From NCBI GenBank assembly GCA_015680685.1, contig MNCI01001758.1:62001-126000 (forward strand): 64,000 nucleotides of DNA, written 5' to 3'. Shown here in pieces: positions 39,038 through 51,909 of this stretch (positions within the stretch are counted from its first letter, which is position 1; each line of letters begins with the position of its first letter). The notes beneath the pieces are model-generated. The model saw only the letters and a list, made by a program, of their open reading frames with translations, was not told the DNA's origin and searched no databases. The stretch is from Gnetum montanum. Taxonomy: Eukaryota > Plantae > Gnetophyta. The position numbers and the translations under genes were made by a program.

Positions 39038-40247
39038 TGTTAACATTTTGGTATGTCAAAACATTAACGAAAATGGAGAACAATAGAATGTTTGTTATGG
39101 ATGATGTGTTTGCAAGGCAAGAACTCAGGAAAAATGAAATGAGATATATAACTTAATGAGTCAAAATGAGAACATGAACAAGCATGGATTGAAACCAAAG
39201 ACTTCAACCAAATGAAGATGCCTCAAATATTGGAAATAAGCAAAATAAAGGAGATAAAGCCTCAAGAACTAGAGCTCAGGAGTTGAGAAGACATCTCTAA
39301 GAAAAGTAGACATCCTAGCTGAGAAGAATGCATTCACAAGAAGACATAGGAGACATATCCTTTGTAGAGTAAGCATCTTCCTAAAGACACCTCCTAAAAG
39401 ATGTTCCATTCTTCAAGAATACATCTCTCCAAAATTGAGGTAGATCTTAGGTAGATGTCCTAACTTTGATAGAAATGTCTACACTGGCTGTTGGGTAGCT
39501 ATTGCATGAATTCTAAGGAATTTTTGAAAACTCAAAAGATATAAGAAGACATCAAATTCTTGGGAATTGAGCAAGCATTGTTCACATAAAATCAATCATT
39601 GTAAAATCTATGCTCTTGTACATGTGTCCTTCATTTTCATATCATTTTCTTGGTTGTATGTTAATTGTTTGTTAAACTGAGTTTCAATAATAAGGACTTG
39701 TAATTGTAGTTAAATGCTTTCCTTGTATTATTTTTTGTTGCCCTACAAGGTTGATGTACTTCTTGTGAGAAGGCATCGTCATTGAGCTTGTTGGTATCCT
39801 ATGGGATTGAGTGTTTGTGCAATGTTAAAACACTCTAAAGTGGAGCTCAAATTTGTAAAGGTTATGAGATCCTTAAAATCAAATTCTAAGCTTATTGGAA
39901 CCTTGAGGGGTTGAGTGGTTTTGTAGTGATGAAACACTCCAAAGCAAAGATTAGAGACTGTACAAGGTATGATGCCCTTTAAACCACATTTTGAGCTTTT
40001 TGGGACCTTGCAAGGTTGAGAGGCTTTGTAGTGATGAAACTCTATGTAGCAGAGCTCAAATCTTGTAAAGGTTGTGGTGTCCTCTAAACCACATTTTAGA
40101 AGAAATAAATTTTAGAGGTATTTTAGGAATATGCCCTTCAAGTATGGACATACCCAAGTTGGAAAACCATGTAAATTTTTGTGTGTTTTAATGGCTAGAG
40201 TATTTTAATTTGGAAAAGTTATTCAATCCCCCTTCTAAGTTTTTTCA
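39038..40247 (+). repeat. 5' LTR of element 2, with ~105-bp tandem subrepeats at ~39790-40100
   Basis: Homologous to 61258-61730; 3' end inferred from the U5 motif. Confidence 0.75.
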
Positions 40248-41258
40248 TAATAAATCAAGAGTGAATGATGGAAAGATGATCATACATCAAGTCACTAATG
40301 TTTAATAAGGTCACCTTTAAATTTTGGAAGACTCAAATGTAAAAATTATTTAAGTGCTTGAGGTTTATAGTTTTGGCATTCATCTTGGATGAATGCACTC
40401 AACTCATAAGTAGCATTCTGGGTAGCAAAGGTAAGAGTAGAGGTAAGCAATCTAAATTTTCAAATTTTGATACTTTTTCAATGGAATTTTGGATATGTGG
40501 TGGAAGAGACCATATGGCCTCCAAATTCCCCAATGCTTACAAGTTTCAATATAAAGAGTATAGTGAAGAAAGGAGGGGAAGAAGTAGCATCTATACAAGT
40601 TGGGATGACGAAGAGGAAACAACTTAAGAAGATAAGAAGGAAACAATTATCTACACCAGTTGGGATGATGAAGAATAAAGTGACAAAGAGATAGATAACA
40701 CTACAAAAGATTCACATCTCACATGTATGGCTCTCACAAATAATGATGTTAGCCTCTTAGATGATAATGAATTTGAAGTTGATGAAGATAGGTATGACAT
40801 TTTGTGTAAGTTTTGTCTTTTCAAAGTCCTTGTATTAAGTTAGATAAACAACTAAAAACAAAGGATCAAGATATTTCTTTACTAAATATAAAGATTTTAG
40901 ATCTCACAAAAGAGATCTCGGACCTAATAGTTAAGAATGAAAAACTAACCTTGACTTATTAGCAAGCTAAGAAAGAACTTGTAGATACTAAACTTATAAA
41001 TGAAAGGCTAGTCAAAGGAAAGGAATCTCTTCAAATAGTTCTTGGACAAGGAAGAAGTCCAAACAATAAAAGTGAACTAAGTTTCTTTCAACAAGATCAA
41101 GCATCCCCTCAAAGAGCATTAGAACAACAGGCTCCTTCAAAAATTAAGATAGCTACTAGCACTTCATTTAGCCAAAAGGTAATTTCAAAGTCTAATAACT
41201 ATTATACAATTGTAAGGATTATATGCTATTACTATAATAAATTTGGACATAAGCAATG

Positions 41259-42846
41259 TGAAACACTGTAGAAATTGCGAATCGACCTAAGGCAAAGATT
41301 CACGATTCGGGCGAAAGTTCACGACAAAATTCTGGAAGGCAGAACAAGGCAAAGCAAGGCAAAGATTCACGATTCGGGCGAAAGTTCACGACAAAATTCT
41401 GGAAGGCAGAACAAGGCAAAGCAAGGCAAAGAGGCGCGCTACATCAAGTTTCCAAGTTCCTTACAGATTTCAAATCTTACTGTGTTCTCTGTCTTTACGC
41501 TACATTATGCAACATAATGTAGTGTTTCTTAGCGTAATTATGGTTAACATAGTCCGATATCAGAAGGTGACTTACTTCGGCAATTTTGACGAAGTTTAAA
41601 GTTTAAAACTTGTCACATATTTGGCTAAGTCCTTTGCTCAGGGATGAGTTTACACTTTGTTACGTGGAGCAGCGTAACGAGCTTCAAGACAAGAAAAGTC
41701 AGAGTCAAAGAAAGCGCAGTAGATTGATTTACTCTTTTTTTGAAGATTGGTCGCTTTATGCTCATTACGCTACGCAGCATGGACAAGCGTAATTTGTTGT
41801 AAAGTTGACCATTTTACGCTCTATTACACTCTACCACGCGACGCAGCGTAAACAAGTGTAATACAGCGTAAAGCTGGCTAAAGCAGTTACGCATTTTCTA
41901 TCCACACACACAATACGCTGATACGTGTATTGTGCGTAATCATGAAGCAACTTTGGCAAAAGTGTTGACAGCGTACGTTGCCCCTTCTCCCGGAAATGTG
42001 ACGCGACATAGCAAGTTTTAACATAAAGTTGGTCAAGTTAACAGTATTTTGAAGGTTCAAAACACATGTCATCAGGGCCATGCCTTCTACACGTGTTGTT
42101 GAACTTATAAATACTCCAGTTGACGAAGAAACAAAAGGGGGGGGCATCTTCAACTTTTGGCAGTTATCACCTTCAAGCAGAGACAGCGGACATTTTGAGC
42201 ATTGACAGTAGGAGCGATCAGTCTTTTGGCGAAGATATAGTTCTCTCCATTGGCGATTATTGGCAGTTTGAGCAGAGACTACCGAAGGCAAGAAGAGCAG
42301 ATCAGAGGTCGAGAGATCATCTGGTGCGGTTTGTAAGGTTTATTGATTAGAAACATTTGATCAATAGACGTCAAAGCTTGACCCTCCTTGCATCCCATCT
42401 TTGGCTTACGAGGTAGATCGAACTCCATTCTGTACTCCTTGCTGAATATTTTTCTTGTTATTTTGTGTATACTCCGGACAAGATAAGGAGAGTGTTCCAT
42501 TTAGAACTTTGTATACAATATACTCAGTTTTCGGGTCAAAACGCAGATCTTGGAATTGCGCATTTTCTTAAATCTGATCCCTCTTGTAGTGTTGACGTTG
42601 TCATTATTCCAATTTATCTACATTGTTTTCTACTCCTTTTATGATTCATCAAATCAAATCGTTTCGCAAAATATCTATAATATTCGTCAATTTACTGATT
42701 GAGTAAGTCCTTGTTTGATCGACAAGACTGTTCAAGGCACTACGGATTCGTTTTCTCTAGCACAGCCCTCACACTGATCCGTGGTTAAGACTATGTACAC
42801 GGATTTTGTTGGTATTTTCCAGCTACCAACATTTTCCGTCATTACA
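41259..42846 (+). repeat. 5' LTR of element 3 (67-bp tandem duplication 41289-41422)
   Basis: Runs TGAAACAC...ATTACA; colinear with 56725-58248. Confidence 0.95.
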
Positions 42847-42852
42847 GTTTTC

Positions 42853-42869
42853 TAGCGCTAGAAGGAGGG
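42853..42869 (+). promoter_or_regulatory. Primer-binding site, tRNA-Asn type
   Basis: TAGCGCTAGAAGGAGGG. Confidence 0.85.
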
Positions 42870-43097
42870 CGTAGGCTCCGATCCGTATTTTACGGGTAGC
42901 CCTGTTAGCGATCTATACCCGTGTCTCTAAAAACGTGAACGTAATACCTCTAGGGAAGTTTACAAAAAATCGTGTGGTGTAGATCGGTCACATTAATGAT
43001 TCCTTTGGAATCCTACAGGGTAGAAAGCCTAATCGTGATCTTCTTTGTCCATCACTTTTTAGATCTAGTCACTTATCGCTGTTAATCTACTTGACCA

Positions 43098-46000
43098 ATG
43101 GATTCTGCATACACAAACACAGCTGCCATGATTACCACTAACTCGGGTGCCACATCTGTGAATCCCATCGCTGCCACCGGACCAGCCTCTGGTTTTATAG
43201 AACCTCAGGGACCGTTGCGTCATTCGTTGAGGTTACAGGGCAAAGATCCTATATTCACTATCGTGACACCTAAGGAATATAATTTTATTTGCATCAAAAT
43301 TTAGGCAAAGCTTGCTCTCAGCCGAGCCGAGATCGAAGTGAAAAGAAACTTTAAGCTGATCCACAGAGGGGGTCAAGATTTTACCCCCACCGCTTATGAC
43401 ATTATCCCCCTAACTGAACATTACCATGAAATCATAACACAATTGGTCATGGCTAGGAGCCAGGCTACACGGTCTATGCTAGAACCTCAGAATGGGGAAG
43501 AAGAGGAAGATGAACTCGCAGCCCAGTCTAAACATTCATACCACACTCTTAGTCCCCATATGTACATAAATCCCCTATTTAGCCTTACGGGAGAAGCCGT
43601 CCACCTTAATCCAGCCATGACCACTCAAACTCACATTCCTGTCATCCCGCAGGTCACTATGCAATCATCCATCCTGCAGGTGCAAATACCACCCCAAAAT
43701 AACATGGGGGCGGTCTCGTCACCGCGTGTACTCAGTATTCTATTGGTGGTGCCTGTGTCCACCACACCTTATTACATCCCCCAAGTGCAACCTCACGCCA
43801 TGCTTACAACCTGCCCAGTACAAAATCTGGTGCAATCCTTCTCGTTGCCACCCCCTACAAGGCAACCCACTGTTCAGTCATAGCAATCTGTTCAACAGCC
43901 CATGGCTGGTCAGTGGATCCCGCCTATTTCACATAATCAATCTGCGTTATACGGTGCGCAACCCTTAGCTACACCCACTATGCATGTCTCACAATATCCT
44001 CACAATCTCTACCCTGCACATCCGATGGTGGCCAATTCCTCTACTCAACCCGGTGGGTGGTGGCTTCTACAGGCTGCTCTGTCCGCAAGGATAGCCCCCG
44101 TGGCACCGCTTGTCAGCCAAACCATCACGTAATTCCCATTTCCTAGCATAGCTCTTTCAGGTCAACCCCCTGCTCCTCCTACACAGACATCTTCATCAAC
44201 AGGTTTAGATCAAGCTTTCTTACTTATTCAGATCCTCACTGAGGAGATTAGACACCTTAAGGCTGCTGGCTCTAACACTATACAGATCATGGATTTCTAT
44301 TAAGATGATCCCATTAGTCCAGCGGTCTCCATGCTGTCATTGCCCTCAGGGATGTCCTTACCCCATTTCACTAAATATAATGGTAAGGGAGATCCCAACG
44401 CTCACCTGGTCACCTTCAGATCTGAATCCTTGTTGTTACAGCAATGGCCTCACACAATCATCTGTGTCTTTGCGATGTCTCTAGCAGGGAAAGCTTTGGA
44501 TTGGTATTGAGCCCTCCCTCGCTCTTTCATCTCAACCTTGGAAGAGCTCCTAACGTAATTCGTGACTCGCTTTAAATACAACCTAAAGCTAGAGGTCATA
44601 TTAGATCAACTTATGGGAGTGAAACAGGACCCGCTCAAACCAGTCCAAAAGTTTATACAGTGGTGGAGTGCTACTTTGAATGAAATCCATGAGCCAATCG
44701 CGGAGGCCCATTTACTAGCCATTTTCAAAGGAGCAGTTAACGACTTCATCAAGTCTAAGCTATATTACCTTTCTCCTAGCTCCTTACATCAGGCTTTCGC
44801 TTAGACTAAAAGCATCCAAGATACTGCAGAGGCCAGCAAAGACCCGGCGTATGTCACCTATAAAAACGCTAACAACAAGGGCAAGGATAAAGGTAAAACA
44901 ACAACAACGACGGTAGCTACGCTAGCTGAAAGCGATAAGAACAAAAACAAGAAGGCACCTATGGCATCTCCCAAGACCAAAGCTAGTGCAAGCAGCACTA
45001 GCCAAGACACATCTGCCGCTGAACAGCCCCCCAGCCAAAACCAAACTTTGAGCGTAAAGATCGCTCAAAGTATACAACCCTGCCTATAAAACATTCGGAA
45101 CTATTGAAACAACTATTAGGGGTAGGATACATTTAGACTAAGAAGGTATTCGAAGAAGCTCTGAAGCCTCACAGGCATCATTGTGAACTACTGAAGAATC
45201 CTTCTTTAACCCTACCTGATGAACCACCAGTTCCGAAGTCTTTCGGGCTGGACCATTTCTGTGACTACCTCCAGTTGTGTGGTCACGACACAGATTACTG
45301 CTGGGCATTGAAAGATGACATTCAACACATGATCAACAATGGTTCTCTGAAACTAGACAGCAGTAGTCCAACGCGTCCCGAAAACTAGGCGTTGCACGTG
45401 TACAAGGATCCATTAAATGCAAATAACACACCGTACACAATCAACGTGGTAAGTACAGACGGTGAGAGGAAGGTACCGCCCAAACAACCTTTCATTTTAT
45501 GTGTGCCTACCAGTTCACTGTGGGGGACAGGCTTTTCATCGGCAACCAGTGGCGTCTCAAGGCTGCTCTTTGTCATTCGGGCACCTTCTCCAGATTTAAC
45601 TCAGCATCGCACTAACAGTAAAGCCGCGGCCATGTCCGTGCCTACATCTAAAGCACCCTTCATCCTCAGAGTACCAAAACCACCTGCTGCCCCTTTTACG
45701 CAGGGCCAAACCTCTAACCAAAGCCATCCATCACCACCCAATAAATAAAGGGAAGGAGACGCGTCAGTCAATGCCGCTAAAAACCATACTATGCTAGGCT
45801 TCGCTAAGCCTAGGCCCTCGGCCTCTGTCCCTACGTCTGCACCTTTTGGGCAAGACAAAGGTACAGAAACACAGCCACCTTCCCTTGGCAGAAAAAAAAA
45901 CAACCCCCCGACTGACGCCGTTCCACCTCGGGAGATTCGTCTCTTGGAACGAATGGAAGAAGACAGAGGGGACAAACAAGCCAGCCGAGAACAGGATCTC

Positions 46001-46879
46001 CTCGACGTGTTTACGCAGGTCAAATAGGCTCTGAAACAAAAAAATACAACGCTGAACCTCTATGACTTGCTCATGACATCTCAAAAACACCGTGAGGCCA
46101 TGGTCTGTATGCTGTCATCCATACCTGTGGATGAAAGCGTACCAGCGGAGGAGGAAGCGATACATGCTGTCATGTTTCCCTCTAATGCTGAGTGACCTAA
46201 ACCTACCTCGTTGACCTTTCATGAAGAATCCATTAAAGATGATCCTGAGAAAGGTCAAGTGACAACTGAACCCATGTTTATCATCATCTGAGTTGGCCAA
46301 TATCGGATTCGGAGGGTGCACGTGGACGACGGCGCGGCTATAAATGTCATGCCTTATCCCATCGTGGATAGGTTGGGTCTGGTCGACCAGATCAGTCCCA
46401 CAATGAAAACGTGCGTAAATTCATTCAACGGAGCACGGGTTCAAGTCAAGGGGACAGTGCGCATCGAATTTGTGGCAGGGGATCAATTCCCAATAGATGC
46501 TACATTCCTCGTTGTCAAGGAGATGCCTAGTTTCAAATTAATTGTAGGAAGGTCCTAGTTAGCCCAACTGAGGGTGGTTTCATCACCAATACACTAGGAA
46601 ATACACCTACCCTACGCAGGGGGGGAGGTTGTAGTACACGGTAACAAAATTACCCCCAGGACTGTCAACAATATCGAAGAAGAATGGGGTTCGGAGATAG
46701 AAACATCCGATGATTAGACCCATCACCGAATCCTTGAACAAACCAAAATGAATGATGAAAGTCTAGCCTAGGCCAACCTACCATTTCAGGATGGTGGTAT
46801 GGAAGAGTCAGGGCACAAATCTCCCTGCCCTTACGCATCACTGAACGTAAAGGCCATTAAGAAACAATTGCAAAGTTAG
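43098..46879 (+). pseudogene. gag: gag-protease of element 3 with long Pro/Gln-rich N-terminus
   Basis: ORFs at 43098, 43338, 43902 and 44562 share one frame. Motifs FTKYNGKGDPNAHL, LAGKALDWY, CDY...GHDTDYC..LKDDIQ, protease VDDGAAINVMP. Confidence 0.88.
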
Positions 46880-47116
46880 CGATTGATCTGAGTGGCATTT
46901 ACGCGCATCATCATATTTCCACTAGTTGTCCACTTACGTTTATCAATTTCGTTGTCAGTCTTCTTTAACATATACATATGTATTTACGCTTTCTGTCTAT
47001 TACGCTATTTACATTCCTCTTCACGTCATTTACGCTCGTTGATTGCTATTACTCACATTAGCTCAATTACACAGAAAGACACATTATTATCAATTACACT
47101 TCCAGACTTACGCAGA

Positions 47117-47272
47117 TGGCCCGCAATGGCCTTAAACTAGTGGTGGCCCGCAATGGCCTTAAACTAGTGGCGGCCCACAATGGCCTAAAACTAGCAAAGG
47201 CCCGAAATGGCCTAAAACTACCTTGTATCTTACGCAAACGCTACCTGGCGGCCCGCGATGGCCTTAAACTAG
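47117..47272 (+). repeat. 27-bp tandem repeat (GGCCCGCAATGGCCTTAAACTAG core), about 5 copies
   Basis: Directly visible. Confidence 0.9.
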
Positions 47273-47372
47273 CAATTCCATTCTANCATCGTGAGTAAGT
47301 TTGGGTGTTATTGAATTCAAATTTTTTGATTTATCCAATGATGGCTTTTACTAATTTGTTTACTGTATATAG

Positions 47373-47606
47373 GTACCAAGAGTGGTTGAAGAAGGCGAAC
47401 AGGGTGGTGAGCAAGTACAGGGAGAAGAGTGGAATGACGAAGACCGTCCTCCTATGGAGCCAATGTTAGAGTACGGACCTCGTGAAGATGACATTCCTCA
47501 TGCAAGAATACCTTGTAAAAGGGACGGCCCACTTGAGAATGATCTATTAGGCTTAGAGGTAGATCTAAGGGATACAGGTGAGAGTGGCACAAGGGGGGAT
47601 GCGTAA
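47373..47606 (+). pseudogene. Probable terminal exon of the antisense gene, on a mis-oriented contig
   Basis: Preceded by a GT..TATAG intron; acidic open frame VPRVVEEGEQ...GDA*. Contig 47287-47839 is inverted. Confidence 0.6.
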
Positions 47607-47840
47607 TTATGATTTACGCATGTTTTATTGATGAAATTTGACAATGGCCATATGAATGTTGGCGAGCTTGGCTATAAGATCTTCTGTATGACTTTAAATG
47701 TTATTATTATATTTTTTTTATTTTTATGTATTTATTCATGCAAAGCGTAAGCGGAATTATTAAAGACTGTGGATAGTTTGCATTGCTGTAGAATGGAATT
47801 GCTAGTTTAAGGCCATCGCGGGCCGCCAGGTAGCGTTTGN

Positions 47841-50800
47841 CACTGTTACTTGCTCCTGAAACTTCTCGAAAGCTTTGGATGTGCCAATGACATCAAGGAA
47901 TACCCATAAGGATTGAGCTTCAACGGTAGAATCATGGTAATGCTAACGATAAGTGACACTTTCTCACTTATATAGATGCTTATGATCTTTTTCTTTCTGC
48001 CCCCACTCTTGCACACTCGCGCAGAAATCCTTCCAGTCTTGGCTTTTCTGAGCTAACAGCTCTATTTGCATCCTCTGCTCCACTAACTCCCAACTAGTTT
48101 GCATGCTATTCCTGACTACGGTCCAATAGCAAGAGTAATTAATAACAGCTGTACGCCAGTCTTTTGCACCTCTTTTCCGTGCCTGTAGGAATTTGCATTG
48201 CGATTTTAAGTCTCCGACCTCTTTGGCCAGAGACGCCTTTTCCCTCTCTAACCTCTGCAGCCTTTTCCAGATGTCTTCATTGACATTTTTACCCTCCCAC
48301 AAGGAGCGAGTCGAGCATAACGCACATTTACACATCTCCTCATAAATTTTGCGTGACATGACCACCCTGTTTGATGAAGGCCCCATTGTGTCCAAGTCAA
48401 TGGGCTCCGTAGGGTCCCATCGAAGGCAAGCTCTTGATAGCAAATAGTATCCAACGTAAGTAAAAATTTACAAATTTGTAATAAAATAAGTCTATTATAG
48501 CTGCAACATACTAGCACTAAGATCGACGCGCTCGAGGCACTTGATCATATCATTGACAACACCTTCCATGAAGGCAAACTTGTCAGGAAATTCTCCCCAC
48601 GCTCTACTTACAAAGGCGGACGTGGATACGTCTTCTTCATCTATAGCGTAATTAAGTTAAAATTTCTACTTATTGACAAAATTCTTTAAAAATTTTAATA
48701 TGCTAATTACCTCTACCTGTTACGGTGGGAGGTGTGTCAACATTTTCCTCCTCCTCTCTTTCTTCACACACAAGCACATGTGCGTCACTTATTCTAACAG
48801 CTGGGGCTTCCTCTTCCAAAACTGGGGCCCCTTCTCCACGCCATAATACTACTGTCCTTGTTTCAGGGGTCAACCGCTCTGCAGGCCTCGCTGTTCATAT
48901 CACATAACGCATTTAAATGATTCAAAATACACTGAATAAAGTTGTGTAATACAGTAATTACCATAACTACGTCTTTACACTTACTAGGTGGAGGTTTACT
49001 TCGCTGAACTCTGACTTGCACAGTACAGCCTGTGCCACTTGCTAGTTCCGCAGGGGCCTCGGTTAGCCGAGGCCGTTTATGTTGAGCTGAAGTGTCTACG
49101 ATTTCCACTGCCAGGCGTTTCCCTCGCAAAGCATTGCCAGTATAAGTGGGAATCACCCCACCTACGCTATCAGGGTCCCATACTTGAGACACCACCAAAT
49201 CCCTTGTAGTTATAGATAGAGACTCACCAATCCTCTCCAGGGGATCCTGTCCTCGGGTAGTGCCAAAAATGTGGGTAATCCAAGGTTTGGATAGCTGGTC
49301 TCGGTCTTGCTGTACCCAGACCCCATTCCTTTGAATAACCAAAAATTCGACAAAATGCTGAAGGCAAGCTATGAAGAAGACGAAATGCACGCTGAAACAA
49401 GACTCAAGCTTTTGACGAAGCCTGATCATTTCAGTGCGTAACCCTTCAATAAAATAGCTTGCCTAGTCGAACTGGGTCCCTTCTTCCATAACCTCCCACA
49501 TGATATGGGTCTGTTCTACAGTAAATAACCTCCCCTACAAGAGTGTTTTGGGGAAAGCCTGGGCCCGGAACAGGGGATAAATCATCTTGACGATCTCTAG
49601 TTCAATCTTTTCACAAGGGATCCCTTAGTCTCCTTCTTAGTCCCTAGCCACTCCTCCAGTTCCTCCTGAAACTTGAGGCTCCTCTTCTCTTTTTCCTCTA
49701 TGGGAAGGCTATCAGAGGGGATGCCAAAGAGGTCTGCAAATAGCTGAGCGTCAATATCAAAATTTACACGTACGTGATGCACGCACGTGCAAAAATGCTC
49801 AGCCCTCTTGTTGAAGGAGTTGGCCAGGGTTAACATTTCACTGGCAGGGACATCAAGGGTTACGGCCAAAAATAAATGCATTATCCTCGCTTCCCGCAGC
49901 TTGGTGACCAATGCAACTAGGGCCACCGCATGGCCGAGCCAGCGTTGTGCCTCCTTAATGTTACCATAGAGGAAGAGGAGGGTATTCGCCTCATGGCCAG
50001 AAATTGTAAGGGTAATCTCCCAGGATTCCCTGACTGAACAATGCAAGACACATGTCAAAAACATTATTACGCAACATTCAAGATTCATGATTACATATGC
50101 AACAATAAAATATGTAGCAATTTCACCAGGTCCAAATGGCAAAGAAAATGGAGGAAGTTTCCTCTGCACGTCTGCGATGGTAAGGGGCGGGTCCAAAGTC
50201 CATTCTTCATGTAACCACCCAAGATTCTGGTAATTCTGGAAGGAATCAACATAACGGGTGGGGTACTCATGAATGTTGAAGGCAATCTGCCCCTTTTCAC
50301 CAGCGCGTACGTTGCTAGTCGAGGTAAATGCCTTTATTGCCATCTCGGTCCAAGTTAATGTATCATTATCACCTACTAACTTGTTCTCATGGATAAAAAA
50401 CCTGTATCATATGACGTATTCTTATCTTATGCTTTACAAATCTAGATAATAGACACATAATGACTATACCGCCAACAAAAACAACTTACCCGCCTGAATA
50501 ATACACTGTGTCTTGTGGGTTCTGGAAGTAAGTCAAGACATGACAGGCCACGAACAAAGTATTGTACACATGGTAATAGCTAAACTAGGCCATTTCCCAG
50601 ATCCAACTTAAGCACCTCAACCCTTTGGCGCTAAGTTCGCGGTCCTGGGGATGACCAGTGTTGATAGCCCTGTCTGTCAAGAAAACCAGGATTCCCTGCG
50701 TAGAACCCACTAACAGGTGTTCCAAAATGGCGCTAGCAATATCTTCCGATAGGTGTGACCATACAATAATGTTGTAGTTACGCAGTAAAAACTGCAGAAA

Positions 50801-51414
50801 CTCCAGCACACCCTTTCGTAACCATATGGCCCTCCCATGCAACCGATTCTGAGGGGGAGGAACATTAGGTACGATCANTAACCATATGGCCCTCCCATGC
50901 AACCGAGTCTGAGGGGGAGGAACATTAGGTACGATCAGGTTTATACAGCATAAAACCCCGACTATATCTAAGATGATTAAGATCGGTTTTAACATGATAC
51001 TGTACAAAGAAAATAATAAACACATTAACGTCTAGATTCAGATTTGCATGCTTAAATTATAGAAAATCTACAAATTACGCTTAGCTATTCATGCCAAAAT
51101 CGCCTAAACCCTTGCAACAGTACAAGGTTTGTCCTTGACAATGGCGATAGACGCAATCCTATTGTATAAACCCTCGTTTTAACACGAGGTCTATAGTCTA
51201 AAACTCTAATTTATGCAGATGACGCTACAAGAATAAACACTATAAAAAAGAGACATATCATTAAAAACAATGCGAATAAGCAAGGGATGGCCTATCGATT
51301 CAAAGGTGTAACGTCTCTCACTTCAACCATGGCCTGCGAGGCACGCTGTAGGCTCCCTTGTACTTCATCAATCTTGGCCAATTTCGTGTTCTTCCCTCTT
51401 ACTTTCGGAGCCAT
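47841..51414 (-). pseudogene. Element-borne multi-exon antisense gene: FCP1/NIF HAD phosphatase-like domain, plant-transposon domain and coiled coil
   Basis: Exons 51296-51414, 50490-50999, 50127-50401, 48985-50033, 48711-48890, 48512-48640 and ~47841-48433. Four intact GT-AG introns restore frame. Motifs LIILDIVGVL, LRKGVLEFLQFLLRNYNIIVWS, NTLFV..NP. Confidence 0.8.
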
Positions 51415-51561
51415 TGTTGTAGTTCTAATACCTTCACACTTGCACACTTTCACACCTTTACGAGTAACGCGCTGTAATCTTTCGCTCTTCCTCCTTCTCT
51501 CTGTAATAGCTGAGAATTCAAATTCGCAATAACCAACAACCTGTTTTCAATAGAGACTGCC

Positions 51562-51569
51562 TATTTATA
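51562..51569 (-). promoter_or_regulatory. TATA box of the antisense gene
   Basis: TATAAATA on the minus strand, ~150 nt upstream of ACAACAATGGCT. Confidence 0.6.
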
Positions 51570-51909
51570 TGCGAAATTAACCAACTTGACACCCGATTTC
51601 AACAAGACTTGCCCAAATGCTAGTGTCAATATGAGCTGGAAACCGAAAATCAAGCCATTAATTGTAATAGATATTGCATGCGTTATGGTCTGAAATGACC
51701 TTAAACTATTGTATCTTATCTCCTCGTAATCAGGTTGCATTAATTATAGACTGTTCACGAAATTTAAAATTCAGTTAGCTTTACGCTTAGTAACGTCACG
51801 TCACATCCTTTAGACTAAACCAAGCGTTATTCATTAAATACTTATCGCATCAAACTTAGCATCTTTCTAATTACTTTCGTATTTGACAATTTTGCAGGAC
51901 AATTGAAAA

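Noticed and set aside
41275-42500. Short ORFs repeated at 56741-58082
   Set aside because: Incidental frames in LTR copies with no recognisable domain.
47235-47839. 51-bp perfect inverted repeat suggesting a MITE
   Set aside because: Both arms end at single Ns and there is no TSD; inverted contig.
50819-50937. Duplicated peptide IVPNVPPPQ.RLHGRAIWL in the FCP1-like exon
   Set aside because: 59-bp near-identical copies around a single N; assembly overlap.
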